A stretch of DNA of 64,000 nucleotides from the human T2T-CHM13v2.0 reference genome, Homo sapiens, in NCBI RefSeq assembly GCF_009914755.1, contig NC_060935.1; one strand, 5' to 3'. Shown here piece by piece: positions 14,666 through 28,418 of the stretch. Made by a program: the position numbers and the translations under genes. Below the pieces are notes generated by a model. The model saw only the letters and a list, made by a program, of their open reading frames with translations. It had not been told where the DNA came from and ran no database searches. Within the stretch, counting starts at the first letter, position 1. Every line of letters begins with the position of its first letter.

Positions 14666-14883
14666 TTCTTTTTTTACAAAAAAACTTAACTTTAATTGGG
14701 ATACAAGTCAAAACTCTTACAAGATCAATTTTTTGACCCAACCCTTTCATTCCCAGCATTTCTTTTAAAAAATGCTAAAAATGAAAGAAAGGACACAGTT
14801 TAGCTAGAGAACTTTCCTTAAATAAGATATCAAAAAGAGGAAGCAACAAATCACAGACAGATATTTCAACATTCATACACACA

Positions 14884-15515
14884 GAGTCAATTTTTGTTAT
14901 TCAAGTTTATTATGTTCTATAAGGCTGCCACCAACATCGAACTGGCAAATATTGACCCATTGTTCCTAGGAGAAATACAGGGATAGATATCTGTGAGCCT
15001 TTGGTCATAGGATTTTCAAAAACTGATCTATACATAACCTTGATTTATGTGCGTTTCTATTTAAAGACATTGCATTTAATATATATTGTTAATTCATTAA
15101 CTTTGTAGTCACAGAGAACAGCACTATAAATCATGCCTGAATGAAGTTTGCCTAACACAAAAATATTCTCCATAAGGCACATCACAGTTTCTTGCACTTA
15201 GAAACACTAGAAAACACTTTAACACGCTATACTTGGGAAGCATTTTAAACAGTAAAATCACCAAAAAGGACAAAAATGCAAAAAAGTGGCACTAAATAAA
15301 TGCAAAAAGGACACTTGTTTACAGGAAAGTTCTGTTCGACCTCAGCTGGGAATGTATTCATAGAGAATCTCAAATCTTGTGCAGATATGCACAGGCACAT
15401 ATCTGCAAATGGCCTAGAAAGCATCACAAGTGTTGATTTTGGAATTACAAATACATTTTAGCTAGTAAAAAAGAAAATTGCAAATGCAGAATTCACAAAT
15501 AATGAAGACTGACTG
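14884..15515 (+). mobile_element. MER82 (TcMar-Tigger) non-autonomous DNA transposon, near full length
   Basis: Terminal inverted repeats (TIRs) agtcaatttttgttattc / aataatgaagactgactg followed by TA. Internal cctaggagaaatacaggg, gtggcactaaata and gttcgacctcagctgggaa match MER82. Confidence 0.88.
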
Positions 15516-17663
15516 TATATGTTTATATGTTGATGTGTTCTAATTTACATACATAATACATACATTTCTCTGAAATCTACAAAGACTTAGGTACCTTCTA
15601 AATGTAAATGATCCAGAGCTATTGAAGACAAGAAAAAAGCTACTGTCTTTATATTATAGAATAATAGAAAATAGTTTCCTTTGCTGTTTGGGAAAAGAAG
15701 TATTACACTATATAGGGAAATTGTTTTGCAACTGCCATGTGGTATATAGCCAGCTAATCAGAGACACATTAAGAACCCTACACAAGGTTTTACAGTGATT
15801 CACAGTAAAATATCACTGCCTTTTATTAAAAAAGAAGGAATAGCATTTAGTTGCTATATTGGTCTCTTTTTTTATCAGAAGATGATTTTTAGATACATGA
15901 ACCTGTTTTATTTAAGCTTAATTCAGCCACTATTTAAAATCAAAGTTTGTGTAATAAGAGCCTACTGTCTTGCTAAGACATCTTCAAAGACTTTTTACAT
16001 CAGTGTATCTCCTTCTCCCTTTTCACCCCTACTGTTGAATGCATTCCTTTGACAATCTACTGTCTACTGAGATTAAAGTCACTAGACTAGTTACTTAGAA
16101 GAACAAAGGATGAATAGAAATAGTAACTTCATGTAGAGATTCTTTGCAGACTCACTAATTCCATTTCTTCTGTTATTTTCTCATGTAGGAAATATATTCA
16201 GATTGTTAAATGGAAAGGTCCTGATTTTTTTAACCTTAATATGGAAATGAATTTCTGACTTGGGGAAATGCTGTTAACTTTTTAATTTATTTGGCCTTTT
16301 CCATATAAATTCCCATGAATCCTTCATATTTCTGTTTAGTCTCTTGTGGAAATATATTATTTATATTGAACAATGAGTTGACACTCTACTGCAACTCTTC
16401 CTCCAAATCACTTAATTTTAAAAAATAAGGTAGAAGGAAAAGACGTATTTACTTGAAATATCAGCTTTTTAAGCTAAGCGTTTTCTTTTCTCCTGCATTT
16501 TTTTTTCTTTGCTACATTTCTTAAAGCAAAATGAGAAAAAATAAAATAAAACACCACAGGGAAGGTTTATTACATTATCTGGCATACAATTTGCTTTTTG
16601 AACCAGTCATGAAAACTTAAATCAAAATTATAAAAATCAAAATGTCTAATCCTGTCTCTGAAGAGACCCCAGGAACCATTTAGAGTAACAGACCTGAAGA
16701 AAAGAAAGAATTGCTGAATACTCCATTATGAATTAGAGCATTCCATTGTCCTATAGAGCAAATGAATCCACAGAGTAAAATGTTCTCTTAGTATTCATAT
16801 CAACATTTCACTAGGGAAAAGTTGGACTGGAAAATTCTAATCAACTATAAATTAAAGGTGGATGCATGATGAGGTGAATAATTTAAGGTTATAGAATGTC
16901 AAGACTCTACCCATTATTTTCCTTTCTCAAATATGCCTGCAAAGAACTGACCTATTCTCCACAAAAATAGAATAATTGCTGAAATTCATCCATATGTTTG
17001 TGTGGTATAATAAAAATACCACCTTGCTAAGAGTCAGTGTTTTTCACTATTGAATTTTGTGCTTAGAACGTACTAGCCGTTTGACTTTGATCAAGTCACT
17101 TTACTTCTCTGTTTTCAGGCTACTTAACTGCATTATTGCATACAAGAATCCTCCTCTATTTTACCAAATAGAATTTTAATAGTAAATGAAGATGGCTCCA
17201 TAAAGTATAATCTTCTCTACAGGTATAGCTCTCTGAAAGCTCTAATTAACATGGTTTGAATGATTCACACCTGAGAAACAAGGTAAGTGGGTAACCCAAT
17301 ACTAAATTGAAACTGTGAACGCATCTTCAAAATACAAAAAAGTTAATTCCAAGGAAAAAGCACCATATGTAAAATTTACAAAGAGAAATAATGAAATTTG
17401 GTTCCATGACTCTTGGGCCTTCAGACAAAATAAGGCTATAAAGATGGATTGGGTCAGAATATCCAGTCCATTTGGGAGAGAGCAACTGGTAGGTATAAGT
17501 CCTCATCTGTCTCCCTTTCGCATCCCAATGTGTGGAGGAATGCAGAAGGCTGATCCTTTTGCTTCCATCTTAGTAATGGAAACTTTTATATAGTTTATTT
17601 TTCCTGTGGCCTAGAATAACAGAGTACTGGTACCAGACCTATTCTGACAAACCAAGCTAAGCT

Positions 17664-17684
17664 AAAAAAAAAAAAAAAAAAAAA
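17664..17684 (+). repeat. Poly(A)21 tract
   Basis: Directly visible. Confidence 0.95.
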
Positions 17685-18298
17685 GACTTACAATGTTATA
17701 AACTCGCACTTCCAGAATTTGTATGGGGCAAAGAATGGATCAGTGTATAGCCATACGAAAAAAACTGTCAGCGTATAGATATTATTCTCTGTAAAATGAC
17801 TGCCTAGAGAAGTAAGAAAACCCCATATCAAAAAGGTGAAAATGAGTGGATTTCTTGGGGCTAAAAGAAAGCAATTGATCTTCTGGAATAGAGGTTATTC
17901 TGCCCAGGAAAGAGGACACAATAGTCAGACCCAGTGAAAGAGAGGTATATTTAAATATTAGCCGTTCTCAGGGATGAAATAATACAGAAAAATCTTTTGT
18001 ATACTCTTCTCTCCTTAGCTATAAATCTTACCTAGTAGACTTCAGAATTGGCTAGTAAGCCACAAAGGAGGTGAAGAGGAGAAATGGGAAAAAGGGGAAG
18101 AAGGAAGACTCGAACTGTGTTATTTTCTTTGCACTATGAGTTTCCATTTGCTATCAAATTTAAACTGTGAGAAGAACGATTTTACTGTCAAATCAACTTC
18201 AAATTTATGATTCATATGTTTTACTGCACATTTTAGATATTGAATGGAGACTGTATGTGTGACAAAATGACTATTAAACTGCCATTTTCTCAAAGTAA

Positions 18299-18628
<330 letters not shown>

Positions 18629-19179
18629 AGTGCGTAAGCATTTTTAAGTTCTAGTCTGATGTCAGGGAAAACACCTCTTCCCACTGAGTGAAGTTTAACA
18701 TGAACAGTGGAAGACTGAAGAGTGAAGCTGCATTTTCTGCAAGTTATGAGTAATGCTTATGCAACATTTGTGTTGTGATAAACAGAAAGCAACAAAAGTA
18801 AGTCCATTATATATTCCTGCTCTCAACTGGTGTTAAATAGGATTCAATCAGGAAGCACCACAGTAATTCTATAGTCCCTTTTCTCCTTTTACTGTCACTT
18901 TTATCTTTTGCCATTTTCCTCACAAAATATATTCTCTGGAACATCTTAGTCACTAATCACTCAGCCTTCAAACATCATTTTTGGTTGCCAAACTTGAACC
19001 CTTCAAAAATCATCTCTCTGCCTTCAGCACACAGTGTATCATTTGCCTTCTTATATCATTTTTCTTTAATTTCTTTATTGTATAATATGACTAAGTTCTT
19101 TCACAAATTCTTTTTTAAGTAATGTTAAATAGAGATAGGAGGAGATTTGTGGGGTGGAATCAATAATTTCTCTTAAGTC

Positions 19180-21620
19180 TTAGCTAGAACAATTAGAAAA
19201 GAGAAAGAAATAAAGGGCATCCAAATTGGAAAGGAAGAAGTCAAATTATCCTTGCTTGAAAATGATATTTTATATTGGGAAAAACCTAAAGACCACCAAA
19301 AAAAATGTTAAAACTAATAAAACTTCAGTAAATGTGAAGGATACAGAATCAATACACAAAAATCAGTAGCATTTCTATGTGCCAGCAGTGAACAATCTGA
19401 AAATAATCAGAAAAGTAATCCCATTTACAATAACCACAAATAAAATTAAGTACTGAGAAATTAATTTAAGCAAAGTAATGAAAACTACAAAAAAACTATA
19501 AAAAGTAATAAAGACTATAAAACACTGATCGAAGTAATTGAAAAGAACCACCAAATAATAAAAAGATATTCAATGTTAATGGATTGTAAGAATCAATAAT
19601 GTTAAGATGTTCATCCTATCCAAGCAATCAACAGTTTCAATACAATCCCTATGAAAATATCAATGACATCCTTCACAAAAACAGAAAAAAAGTCCTAAAA
19701 TTTATACGGAACTGTAAAAGACCCAGGATAACCAAAGCTATGCTCACCAAGAACAAAACTGTAAGGATCACATTACCTGACTTCAAATTATACTTCAGAG
19801 CTCTAGTAACCAAAACAGCATGACACTTGCATAAAAACAGAGACATAGACCAATAGAACAGAATAGAGAACCAAGAGAAAAATCCATACATCTACATTGA
19901 GCTCATTTTCAACAAAGGTGCCAAGAACATATGTTGAGGAAAGGACAGTCTCTTCAATAAATTGTCTGGGAAAACTGGAATGTAAAACCTCAACATATGA
20001 AACTACTGCAAGAAAACATCAAGGAAGCTCTCCCTAGGACATAGGTCTGGGCAAAAATTTCTTCAGTAATACCACACAAGCACGGGCAACCAAAGCCCAA
20101 AGGGCAGGTGGGATCACATCAAGTTAAAAAGCTTCTGCACAGTGAAGGAAACAATCAACAAAGTGAAGCGACAACCCACAGAATGGGAGAAAACATTTGT
20201 AAACTACCCATTTGACAAGAGATTAATAACCAGAATATATACTGAGTGCAAACAAATCTATAGAAAAAAACCTAATAATACATTTTAAAAATAGACAAAA
20301 TATTTGAATAGATATTTCTCCAAAAAGACATACAAATGACAGACAGGCATTTGAAAAGGTTCTCTGCATCATTGATCATTAGAGAAATGCAAGTCAAAAC
20401 TACAATGTAATATTATTGTACTCCAGTTAAAATGGCATATAACCAGAAGACAAGTAAAATCAAAAGCTGGTGAGAATGTGGAGAAAAGGGAGCCCTCGTA
20501 CACTGTTGTGGAAATGCAAATTAGTGCAACCAACATAGAGAACAATTTGGAAGCTCTTTAAAAACTAAAAATGAGATACTATATGATCCAGCAATCCCAC
20601 TGCTGGATATATACTCCCTAAAAAGAAAATCAATATATTGAAGAGATAGCTGCACTCCCATATTTGTTGCAGCATTATTCACAAAGTTTGGAAGCAACCT
20701 AAGTGTCCATTGACAAATCAGCAGATAAATAAAATATGGTATGTGTGTGTGTATGTATATATATATATATAAAGTATATATATATACAAAATGGAGTACA
20801 GCCATACAAAATAATGTAATTTGCAACAATATGGAAGAAACTGGAGGTCCTTATGCTAAGTAAAATAAGCCAGGGACAGAAAGACCAAACATCACATTCT
20901 CATTTTGGGGTTCTAAAAATCAAAACAACTGAACTAATGGAGACAGAGAATAAAAGGATGGTTACCAGAGGCTGAGAAGGGTGGGGGGGTGTAAGGAGGA
21001 TGTGGGGCTGGAAAATGGGTACAAAAAAGAGTCAGAAAGAATGAATAAGACCTAGTATTTGATAGCACAACAGAGTGACTATAGTCAATAATAATTTAAT
21101 TCTACATTTTTGTTGCAGGTATTTTCCTTAGTTCAGCTAAAGAAGGGCCCTTGTCACCACAAAAGATTAGGCTTGCAGAGAATTTGAAGGGTGAGAATAA
21201 TGGGATTTATTGGGCAAAAAGGAAGAAAAAGGGTTGAAACAGGGACTCAGCAGAGTGAGAGTCCTTCTAGTCTAGGCTTTCTGCCTCACAGATTGAATTC
21301 CAGGCTCCATACAGGAAAAGGAGGGCCTAGGCTCCTTTCCACTATAAACAGCACTGACTTTAGTGGCTCCACCCCAGTGTGCACTCCCCCAGTGTGCAGG
21401 CTGGTTGGAGTTTCTCTGGGAACCCCTTCCCACCTGGCTGTCTCATTCTGAAATAACTAAAAGAATATAATCAGATTGTTTATAACAAAAAAGACAGATG
21501 CTTGAGGAGACGGATGCTTAGTCCATTTCACATGATGTGATTATTACACATTGCATGCCTATATCAAAACATCTCATGAACCTCATAAATACATACACCT
21601 ACTATGTACCCACAAAAATA
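19180..21620 (+). mobile_element. LINE-1 (L1MA1-3-like): ORF2 3' half and 3' UTR, interrupted by a MER61 LTR
   Basis: aaagggcatccaaattggaaaggaagaagtcaaa; ORF 19599..19823 ends [18 protein letters not shown]; L1MA-type 3' UTR ggttaccagaggctg...gatagcacaacag...atgtacccacaaaaata. (TA)n expansion at ~20740-20785. Confidence 0.92.
21111..21445 (-). mobile_element. ERV1 solo LTR MER61 (MER61A-like) nested in the L1 3' UTR
   Basis: Minus strand tgagacagccaggtgggaagggg...tttagctgaactaaggaaaatacctgcaaca; TG..CA; TSD tttt/ttct; L1 sequence resumes afterwards. Confidence 0.88.
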
Positions 21621-22039
21621 ATGTTTCTTAGTATATTCAATAACAAATTGTATCCTATCACATGGTTCCACATTATTCTTCATCATGCTCTACACACACA
21701 TACAAAAACACACACACATCCCTCCAATCACCAATATCAAAATAAAATCCAATAATCATCTTATCCTTCTCTCCTCTTTTTATCTTTTTCTTCAAATTTC
21801 TTTCTTTTTCTGCCTTTACCTCTTCCTTCCTGCAGATGCTTTCATTTGGAAACCAGCTGATTCCATTATAATCTCCCTTAACAAACCATAGAAGAATAAA
21901 TATTTTTTAGGAAAAGAATTAATCTGAGAATTAAATATCTTCCAATAGTTTTGCTATGGAGAGGAAATGAGGAATAAAGAGACTATATTTTAAAAATCTT
22001 TTTCCATAGTCAAAGTAAGTTGGGTACTAGTATTTAAAA

Positions 22040-22766
22040 TTTATTTTTTTTTACATTTTTTAAAAATTTAATTTAATTTAATTTAATTAATTTATTTTTT
22101 ATTATACTTGAAGTTCTGGGGTACATGTGCAGAACGTGCAGGTTTGTTACATAGTTATACACATGCCATGGTGGTTTGCTGCACCCATCAACCCATCACC
22201 TACATTAGGTATTTCTCCTAATGTTATCCTTCCCCTAGCCCCCCACCCCTCTACAGGCCCCAGTGTGTGATGTTCCCCTCCCTGTGTCCATGTGTTCTCA
22301 TTGTTCAACTCCTACTTATGAGTGAGAACATGTGGTGTTTGGTTTTCTGTTCTTGTGAGAGTTTGCTGAGAATGATGGTTTCCAGCTTCAACCATGTACC
22401 TGCAAAGGACAAGAATTCATCCTTTTTATGGCTGCATAGTATTCCATGGTATATATGTGCCACATTTTCTTTATCTAGTCTATCATTGATGGACATTTGG
22501 GTTGATTCCAAGTCTTTGCTATTGTGAATAGTGCCACAATATACATACCTGTGCATTTGTCTTTATAGTAGAATGATTTATAATCCTTTGGGTATATACC
22601 TAGTAATGGGATTGCTAGGTCAAATGGCATTTCTGGTTCTAGATCCTTGAGGAATTGCCACACTGTATTCCACAATGGTTGAACTAATTTTCACTCCCAC
22701 CAACAGTGTAAAAGCGTTCCTATTTCTCCACATCCTCTCTGGCATCTGTTATTTCCTGACTTTTAA
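22040..22766 (-). mobile_element. 5'-truncated L1PA7/8-like LINE-1 with an (AATTT)n-derived tail
   Basis: Minus ORFs 22475..22675 ([23 protein letters not shown]) and 22305..22556 (FAGTWLKLETIILSKLSQEQKTKHHMFSL) are the L1 ORF2 C-terminus; L1PA 3' UTR present. Confidence 0.93.
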
Positions 22767-25449
22767 AGTATCAAGATTTAACCTATCTATAGGTCATAAA
22801 AGAATCAGAAAATAAGTCACTGAATAACAACAGAGGATATTATGACCCAATCTTCTGATAATAAATAAATTAGGAGCACAGCTTCCAGCTTGAAGTATAA
22901 AAGTTGCCTCTTTAAGGATCTTATGACTGAACAATTGGGTTTAGGAAATCTGTATATTGGCTTTTGTTTTCATTATTTTTCCATCTTGAGGAAGTTGGCA
23001 TATCCAACATATGGGACCATGTTTGTAAAACTTCCAACTTAAGTCCCACAGGTATCTACGATTTGCATTATATTATTTGGTCCTGATTCTTTGTTGACCA
23101 ACAAAGCTATCTACCATTTCCTCCTACCCATGTTTAAATTTACCAACTGTTATAATTCAGATGTCCTTCAGAACAAAAAATATTGTGTATTATATTATTT
23201 ATTATTTCTAACTGTACATCATCCTTATGTAATTTTATCTGAAATGCTTAATTCTGTGGCTTGCTAGCAGATAGCCCACAAGAATAATTCTTCCATTTGG
23301 AGAACAAAAAAAGACAACTTTTCCCTGGGTCGCTGGCTTGCTGTATTGAATTCAGAACATGAATTCCAGTTACTGTCCATTCTATTAGGCGCTTATTCTA
23401 GTCATATGCATAACTGTCACCCTTTATGGATTTGTGTCAAAAATGACCCTTATGACAGTCATCATAAATTCTCACAAGCTGGCATTGTCTTTTGTCTCTG
23501 AGCCTATCTCTCCATGTGTGACTTCTGAGACATATTCCAACCATAATTCAAAGTCACTTTATTTGAATCCTAGCTCATTAATTATCTCTGCCTTCTCAAA
23601 TTTTTTATTGCTGATTTCCATGCCAGCAGCTCCAAAGCTTTTTAAATCATATGTCTCCTAACATTGTTCTTTATAACCCAAATGAATGTCTTTGCAATAA
23701 TGGAATCTAGCATTAGCTTTGAATTAGCTTAAATAAATTTGGCCTCACACTTGTATAATTATATAAATGAAGTTTAATTTATTAATACATAGTAAACAGG
23801 AAGTAAAAAATATTTTCTACTTTACCTCTTCCCAGTGAATTTTCCCCCATATCCAGTTAACTTTTGCATCACTAAATAAATTTAGTTAGGTATCTGCCTG
23901 GAACATTCAGTTTCAAATAGCACATATTTCTTAATTTGCAAATTTGAATGTCATTCTTTCCAAAATACTGTTAATATATCAAAGAATTATTCCAAGGATC
24001 ACATTGACTCATAATTAGAGACCCATTTCCATGACCCATAGTTTAATAATTTGCTTCAAGCTTAGTGTAACAGAGAACAGTATTAGCCTTAGGTGTGCCT
24101 GACCATTACTTGTCTCAGAGAAGCTGCCTGGCCTCCTCAATTGTGAACCTATTGAAGCTAGCCCTATATAGTTTAAATGATGTCACATTCACAAAAAATC
24201 TAATTCTAAGAAGAGTCTTTTTCTTTGTGTATAATCATCAGGCAACATTAAAAGTGAAATTCCAGAGATCATCCCAAGAATACTTTTTCTTTGTAATTTT
24301 TTTCAAGCCTTGTATTTTTTAAGACATTCTCCTTTACTAACCCCTACCACTTCCTCTACCCAACCTCCTCTACATTCCCTATGAAAGGTAGCTCCTTCTG
24401 AGTTTCCCCTTTCCTGATTACCCCTGTCTTTTTATCATGTACGTTGACTTTATATCTCTTTGCTAAGACATTCTAGTTATCTGCCTCCTCTCTGATTAGA
24501 ATTAAAGACTTCTAATCAAGTCTTTAATTCTGCATCACAGAAATCTGTTTGCTTTGAAAGAGACCGTAGATAAGAAGGTAGGAATGAAAATAGTTCTTTC
24601 TTTGGTGTGCTGAGAAGAGGCGAGCACTGTAAATATTTCTGTATCTTTTTTTTTCTGTTCAGAAAAACTATATCACTCGAGAGATACAGATTATGTCAGC
24701 TTGTGCCAAATAATTTTAACTGCATCAATTAAAACCTATGCAAAAATTGTCATATTAGCAGCCATATTAGCAGCTACATATTGGGAAGTACAACTCATGG
24801 AATTAAAGTGCTTCCATATCAAGTTAAATTTAAATAGGAATGTTGTAGTGAGAGCCAGTGTCTTTCCAATGCCTTTCCATACTGATAACATTTCCAAAAT
24901 GAAACACTTATCTTTATTTCATGGGTTACTTTATTAGCATACAAATTAAATTACATTAACATTTAGGAAAATACTGTAACGTCTACAAGCTGTCATTGGC
25001 TCATTGAAGGACATTCAACCTTTTTTCAAGTGTCTCTTCTGCATATGTGTCTGGAAATACTCAAGAGAGCTTATTTATTTTTATATTTGCAATCCTGGTT
25101 AAACTATTTTCTTTCTGTAAGGGGAAATGGAACACGGATGTGGTCCTCGAGCTCTAACTTTTCAATTCCTGGTCTCAAACTAGCTGGACTAAAGATTTGA
25201 AATTGCCATGTCCTCCTTATTCTAGCTTACAGTTGCATCACTAACTTTTTAGAAGTGAGAGATGCAAATTGTGTATGTTATACAATTTGAGAACATTTGA
25301 ATCTGTTATGGAGAATAAACAAAAATCAAGTAAATAGAACAACTGGAAAAACTCATATGATGTGTTCAGTCACAAGTAATTATGAAAGTATTTTGTGAGA
25401 AAAGGGGAAAATTCATAAGACATGTTAAATATCGATACTAAGTTACTAA

Positions 25450-26100
25450 TGTTGGGAAAACACAATTAAAAACAAAATCAATTAACAATCAAGAAATCCT
25501 CTACACAAAGGTAGTAGAGAAAGAAACCAATTTTGTTATTAAACAAGCATTGTACATCATAGGCAATCCACTAAGACACTGCCAAGTCAGGAAAAAACCT
25601 CACACTTTTTTTAAATAACCAAGCAGATACAACCTATTTCATGAACGTTTTCAAGATAAACAAAAACTAACCCTCAAGTAAGAGGACTTGGTATCATCCT
25701 AAACTTTCCTGGTAGCAGGAGTCATCATCAGTTTTAGATAATTGGCTTTATTCTGAGAAGAAACAAACTTCTCATATGTTTATAACAGGTTTTGCAAAGC
25801 GGAGCAAGGCACCTACTTAAGTTAGGCTCCTACCCTCCCACAGAAACAGTGAAATAGGGGTAAGATCTCCCTTGATGTTTACATTTCAAAGAAATGGCTT
25901 CCAGGACCTTGAGAAAGAAATCTCTGGGTTATTGATCTGACAATAAACCTATCTAGTTTTCTAAAGAATTTATATGCATTTCAAAGAGAGGGGAAAGTAT
26001 TTATATGATTTCTAAAATAAATACTCCAAGTAAAAGGATCACTTCTCTTGGATTCAACAGGCAGAATTAAGCCTCTTATTTTAAATTTTTATTTGCCCTT
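25450..26100 (-). mobile_element. ERV1 (MER4-group) LTR, MER90-like
   Basis: aagttaggctcctaccctcccacagaaac...gatgtttacatttcaaagaaatggcttccaggaccttgagaaaga...gaattaagcctcttatttt...tttgccctt. Confidence 0.55.
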
Positions 26101-26659
26101 CCTTCCACAAACCTTTTAGACATAGTGGATACATGTGGAATAAATGGAGCATAAGTATAATTAACATTGTCTAAAAATTGAGCAAATCAAATCTTCCTAA
26201 ATACCTTCAGATTCACAACTTTCTTAAATCAGACGTGCTTTGTGACACACTTTTTGTCCCACATGTCTGGCAAAGACACACAGAGAAAAAGAATAGTTCT
26301 CAGCAGCTTATTAATGAGTTATTGATGCAGCCAAGCATACCTGCCAGGGGCAGTCAAGGTTTTTTGTTTACCTTTACATCTTGCTTAGAAAGGAAGCCTG
26401 GTGCAGCAAAGGAAAAAAATTAAAAAGATAGAACATAGAATACTGCGTAATCAGGATTTCATAGTGTGCTTCTTCCATCTCATCTGCAAACTATCCTAAT
26501 TGTATTAACTTACTTCATATCTTTTCTTTTGCTCTTAGTTTTATGTTTTAACTGTAGAATATGAATTCCTCAAGATTTTACCATCTCAATTTGAGACACC
26601 TTTCTGTTCCATGGCCTCTGAGACTGTCTGGCCCAGTGATGTGCCAGTGTTTGACAATT

Positions 26660-27930
26660 TCTCCTCTCTCTAGGCCTCCTCCATGGTACTGTTGAGCACA
26701 TGATTGAGGTTTTTATTTTGGAAATTTTATTTTTCCATTCTAATATGACATTTGTTTTTCCTTTGTTTTATATCTTTCTGAAAATTTCTGTTTCTCTGCT
26801 GAAACTTTCTATTAAAAATTTTGTTTCAAGCATGTTTGTAATTTGTTTGTTGAAATGCTTTTATGGTGGCTGCTTTAAAATACTTACCAGATAATTCTAA
26901 AATTGTTATAATCTCAGTGTTAGCATCTATTGATTCTTTCTACATTTGGAATATTGGGATATTAGGTAATGGGATTCTGAATCTTATTTAAATGTATTGT
27001 TTTAGCTGGTTTCACCAGTATGAGTCTGGCAGGGAAACAGGAGATGCTGTCTCATTACTGCCAGTGCAGGTAGAAACTCTAGTTCCTCACTTGACCACAG
27101 TTGACACTTGGGGGAAAAAGGTCTTCTTGTTACTTCTGAGTGGTCATGAGACTTCTGGCTTCCTTCTAGGCCTCTCTCACCTGGCTGGGAGTGGTAGAAG
27201 TTCCTAGTTATTGCTTCCTATGTGACTCCAGTTGGGTGACATCATTGCTGCTGGGTGATGGTGAAAGTCTTGAATCTCCATTAGGCCTCTTTGACATTAC
27301 CTCTGCAGGAAGAATGGAAGGACAGCTTGCTACTTCTGGGTGTTCATCATGAGCAGTTAAGGCTCACCATATGGTCTCCACTGATATTTGGGGGAAGGAG
27401 ACTTGTTACCACCTAATAATGAGATGAAAGATCCTGATTCCCTACTTGGTTTACTATGACACCGCCCTGGCATGATGGTTCAGGAAACTCTTTACATTTA
27501 CAGATTGTCAACATGGAGCTTCAGGCTGCCTACTCAGCCTTTTCCACCCTGGGTTGGGTCAGGCCACATTTTTTTTATGTTGTTTGTGGGAGTAGAACCG
27601 TTACTCTATAAACGTTTTCTATCTTACTATGGTGTCCCTTTCCTTATCCTTTTTTCACTAGAAAGAACAGGCTTCTGTTGGGGCTTTTGTCATCTTTACC
27701 CACTGTCAGCTTTTTCTAAGCTTGGGGTGCATGAAGCAAAAAGGAAATCTGAAAATTTCACACTGTGTCCTTTCCTGGGTCTTAGGTCCCTAGGCAGTCT
27801 GCCTTGTTCTTGCCACCTTTCAGAGACTTCTTCCATTAGTTTTACAATAATATTACAGGTGTTTTCATATACCTTATGGGGATAAAGATGAAAAAGTATT
27901 GTCTACTCCATTTCCCAAAAATGGAAGTCT
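26660..27930 (-). mobile_element. Ancient L1M (L1M4/L1ME-type) 5' UTR and start of ORF1
   Basis: T-rich antisense ORF1-like stretch (ctctgctgaaactttcta...gctgctttaaaatactt...agataattct), a degenerate repeat array, and terminal tctactccatttcccaaaaatggaagtc. Confidence 0.6.
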
Positions 27931-28369
27931 ATTATTGTATTTTTTAAAACATTTATCAGTTTTCATTTTATTAGGCAGTTATATAGAAATTATCTGTAAA
28001 ATTCTAGTAAAGTGTAAATCTCTATGTTAATCCATCAAAGCTCACAACTGCATTCTATGCAACTTTTTGACATTTAAAGAGGAAGACTTCTCTATTTCTG
28101 TCAAAATGTATTTTATCAGCCTCCTTCTATTTTAATTTTATTTCTTCCACCTGGATCACAAATTCATTTCATTACCTCCTTCATTCTGTGTAGGCAGAAT
28201 GTTACAGATGAAATATTGGTATAACAACAACAACACAAAGATAGGGTCCTATGCTTCACCAAAGAAGATGGATTTTAAAATCACGTTTATGTATCTCTAT
28301 AGAATCATCTATACAGGGATAAGGAGATTACTCCAACTAATGACAATCAATGGTTTACTGCAGTTTTCT

Positions 28370-28418
28370 CACACACACACAGACGCACACACACACACAC
28401 GTGTGCACGCAAACACAC
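28370..28418. repeat. (CA)n microsatellite, interrupted
   Basis: Directly visible. Confidence 0.9.

Noticed and set aside
17500-17690. Orphan poly(A)21 as the tail of a processed pseudogene
   Set aside because: No upstream AATAAA at the right distance, no TSD and no recognisable coding sequence.
27045-27475. Repeat-spacer-like pattern suggesting a CRISPR array
   Set aside because: Units are highly degenerate and irregular, the DNA is primate, there are no cas genes, and an L1M 5' UTR explains it.
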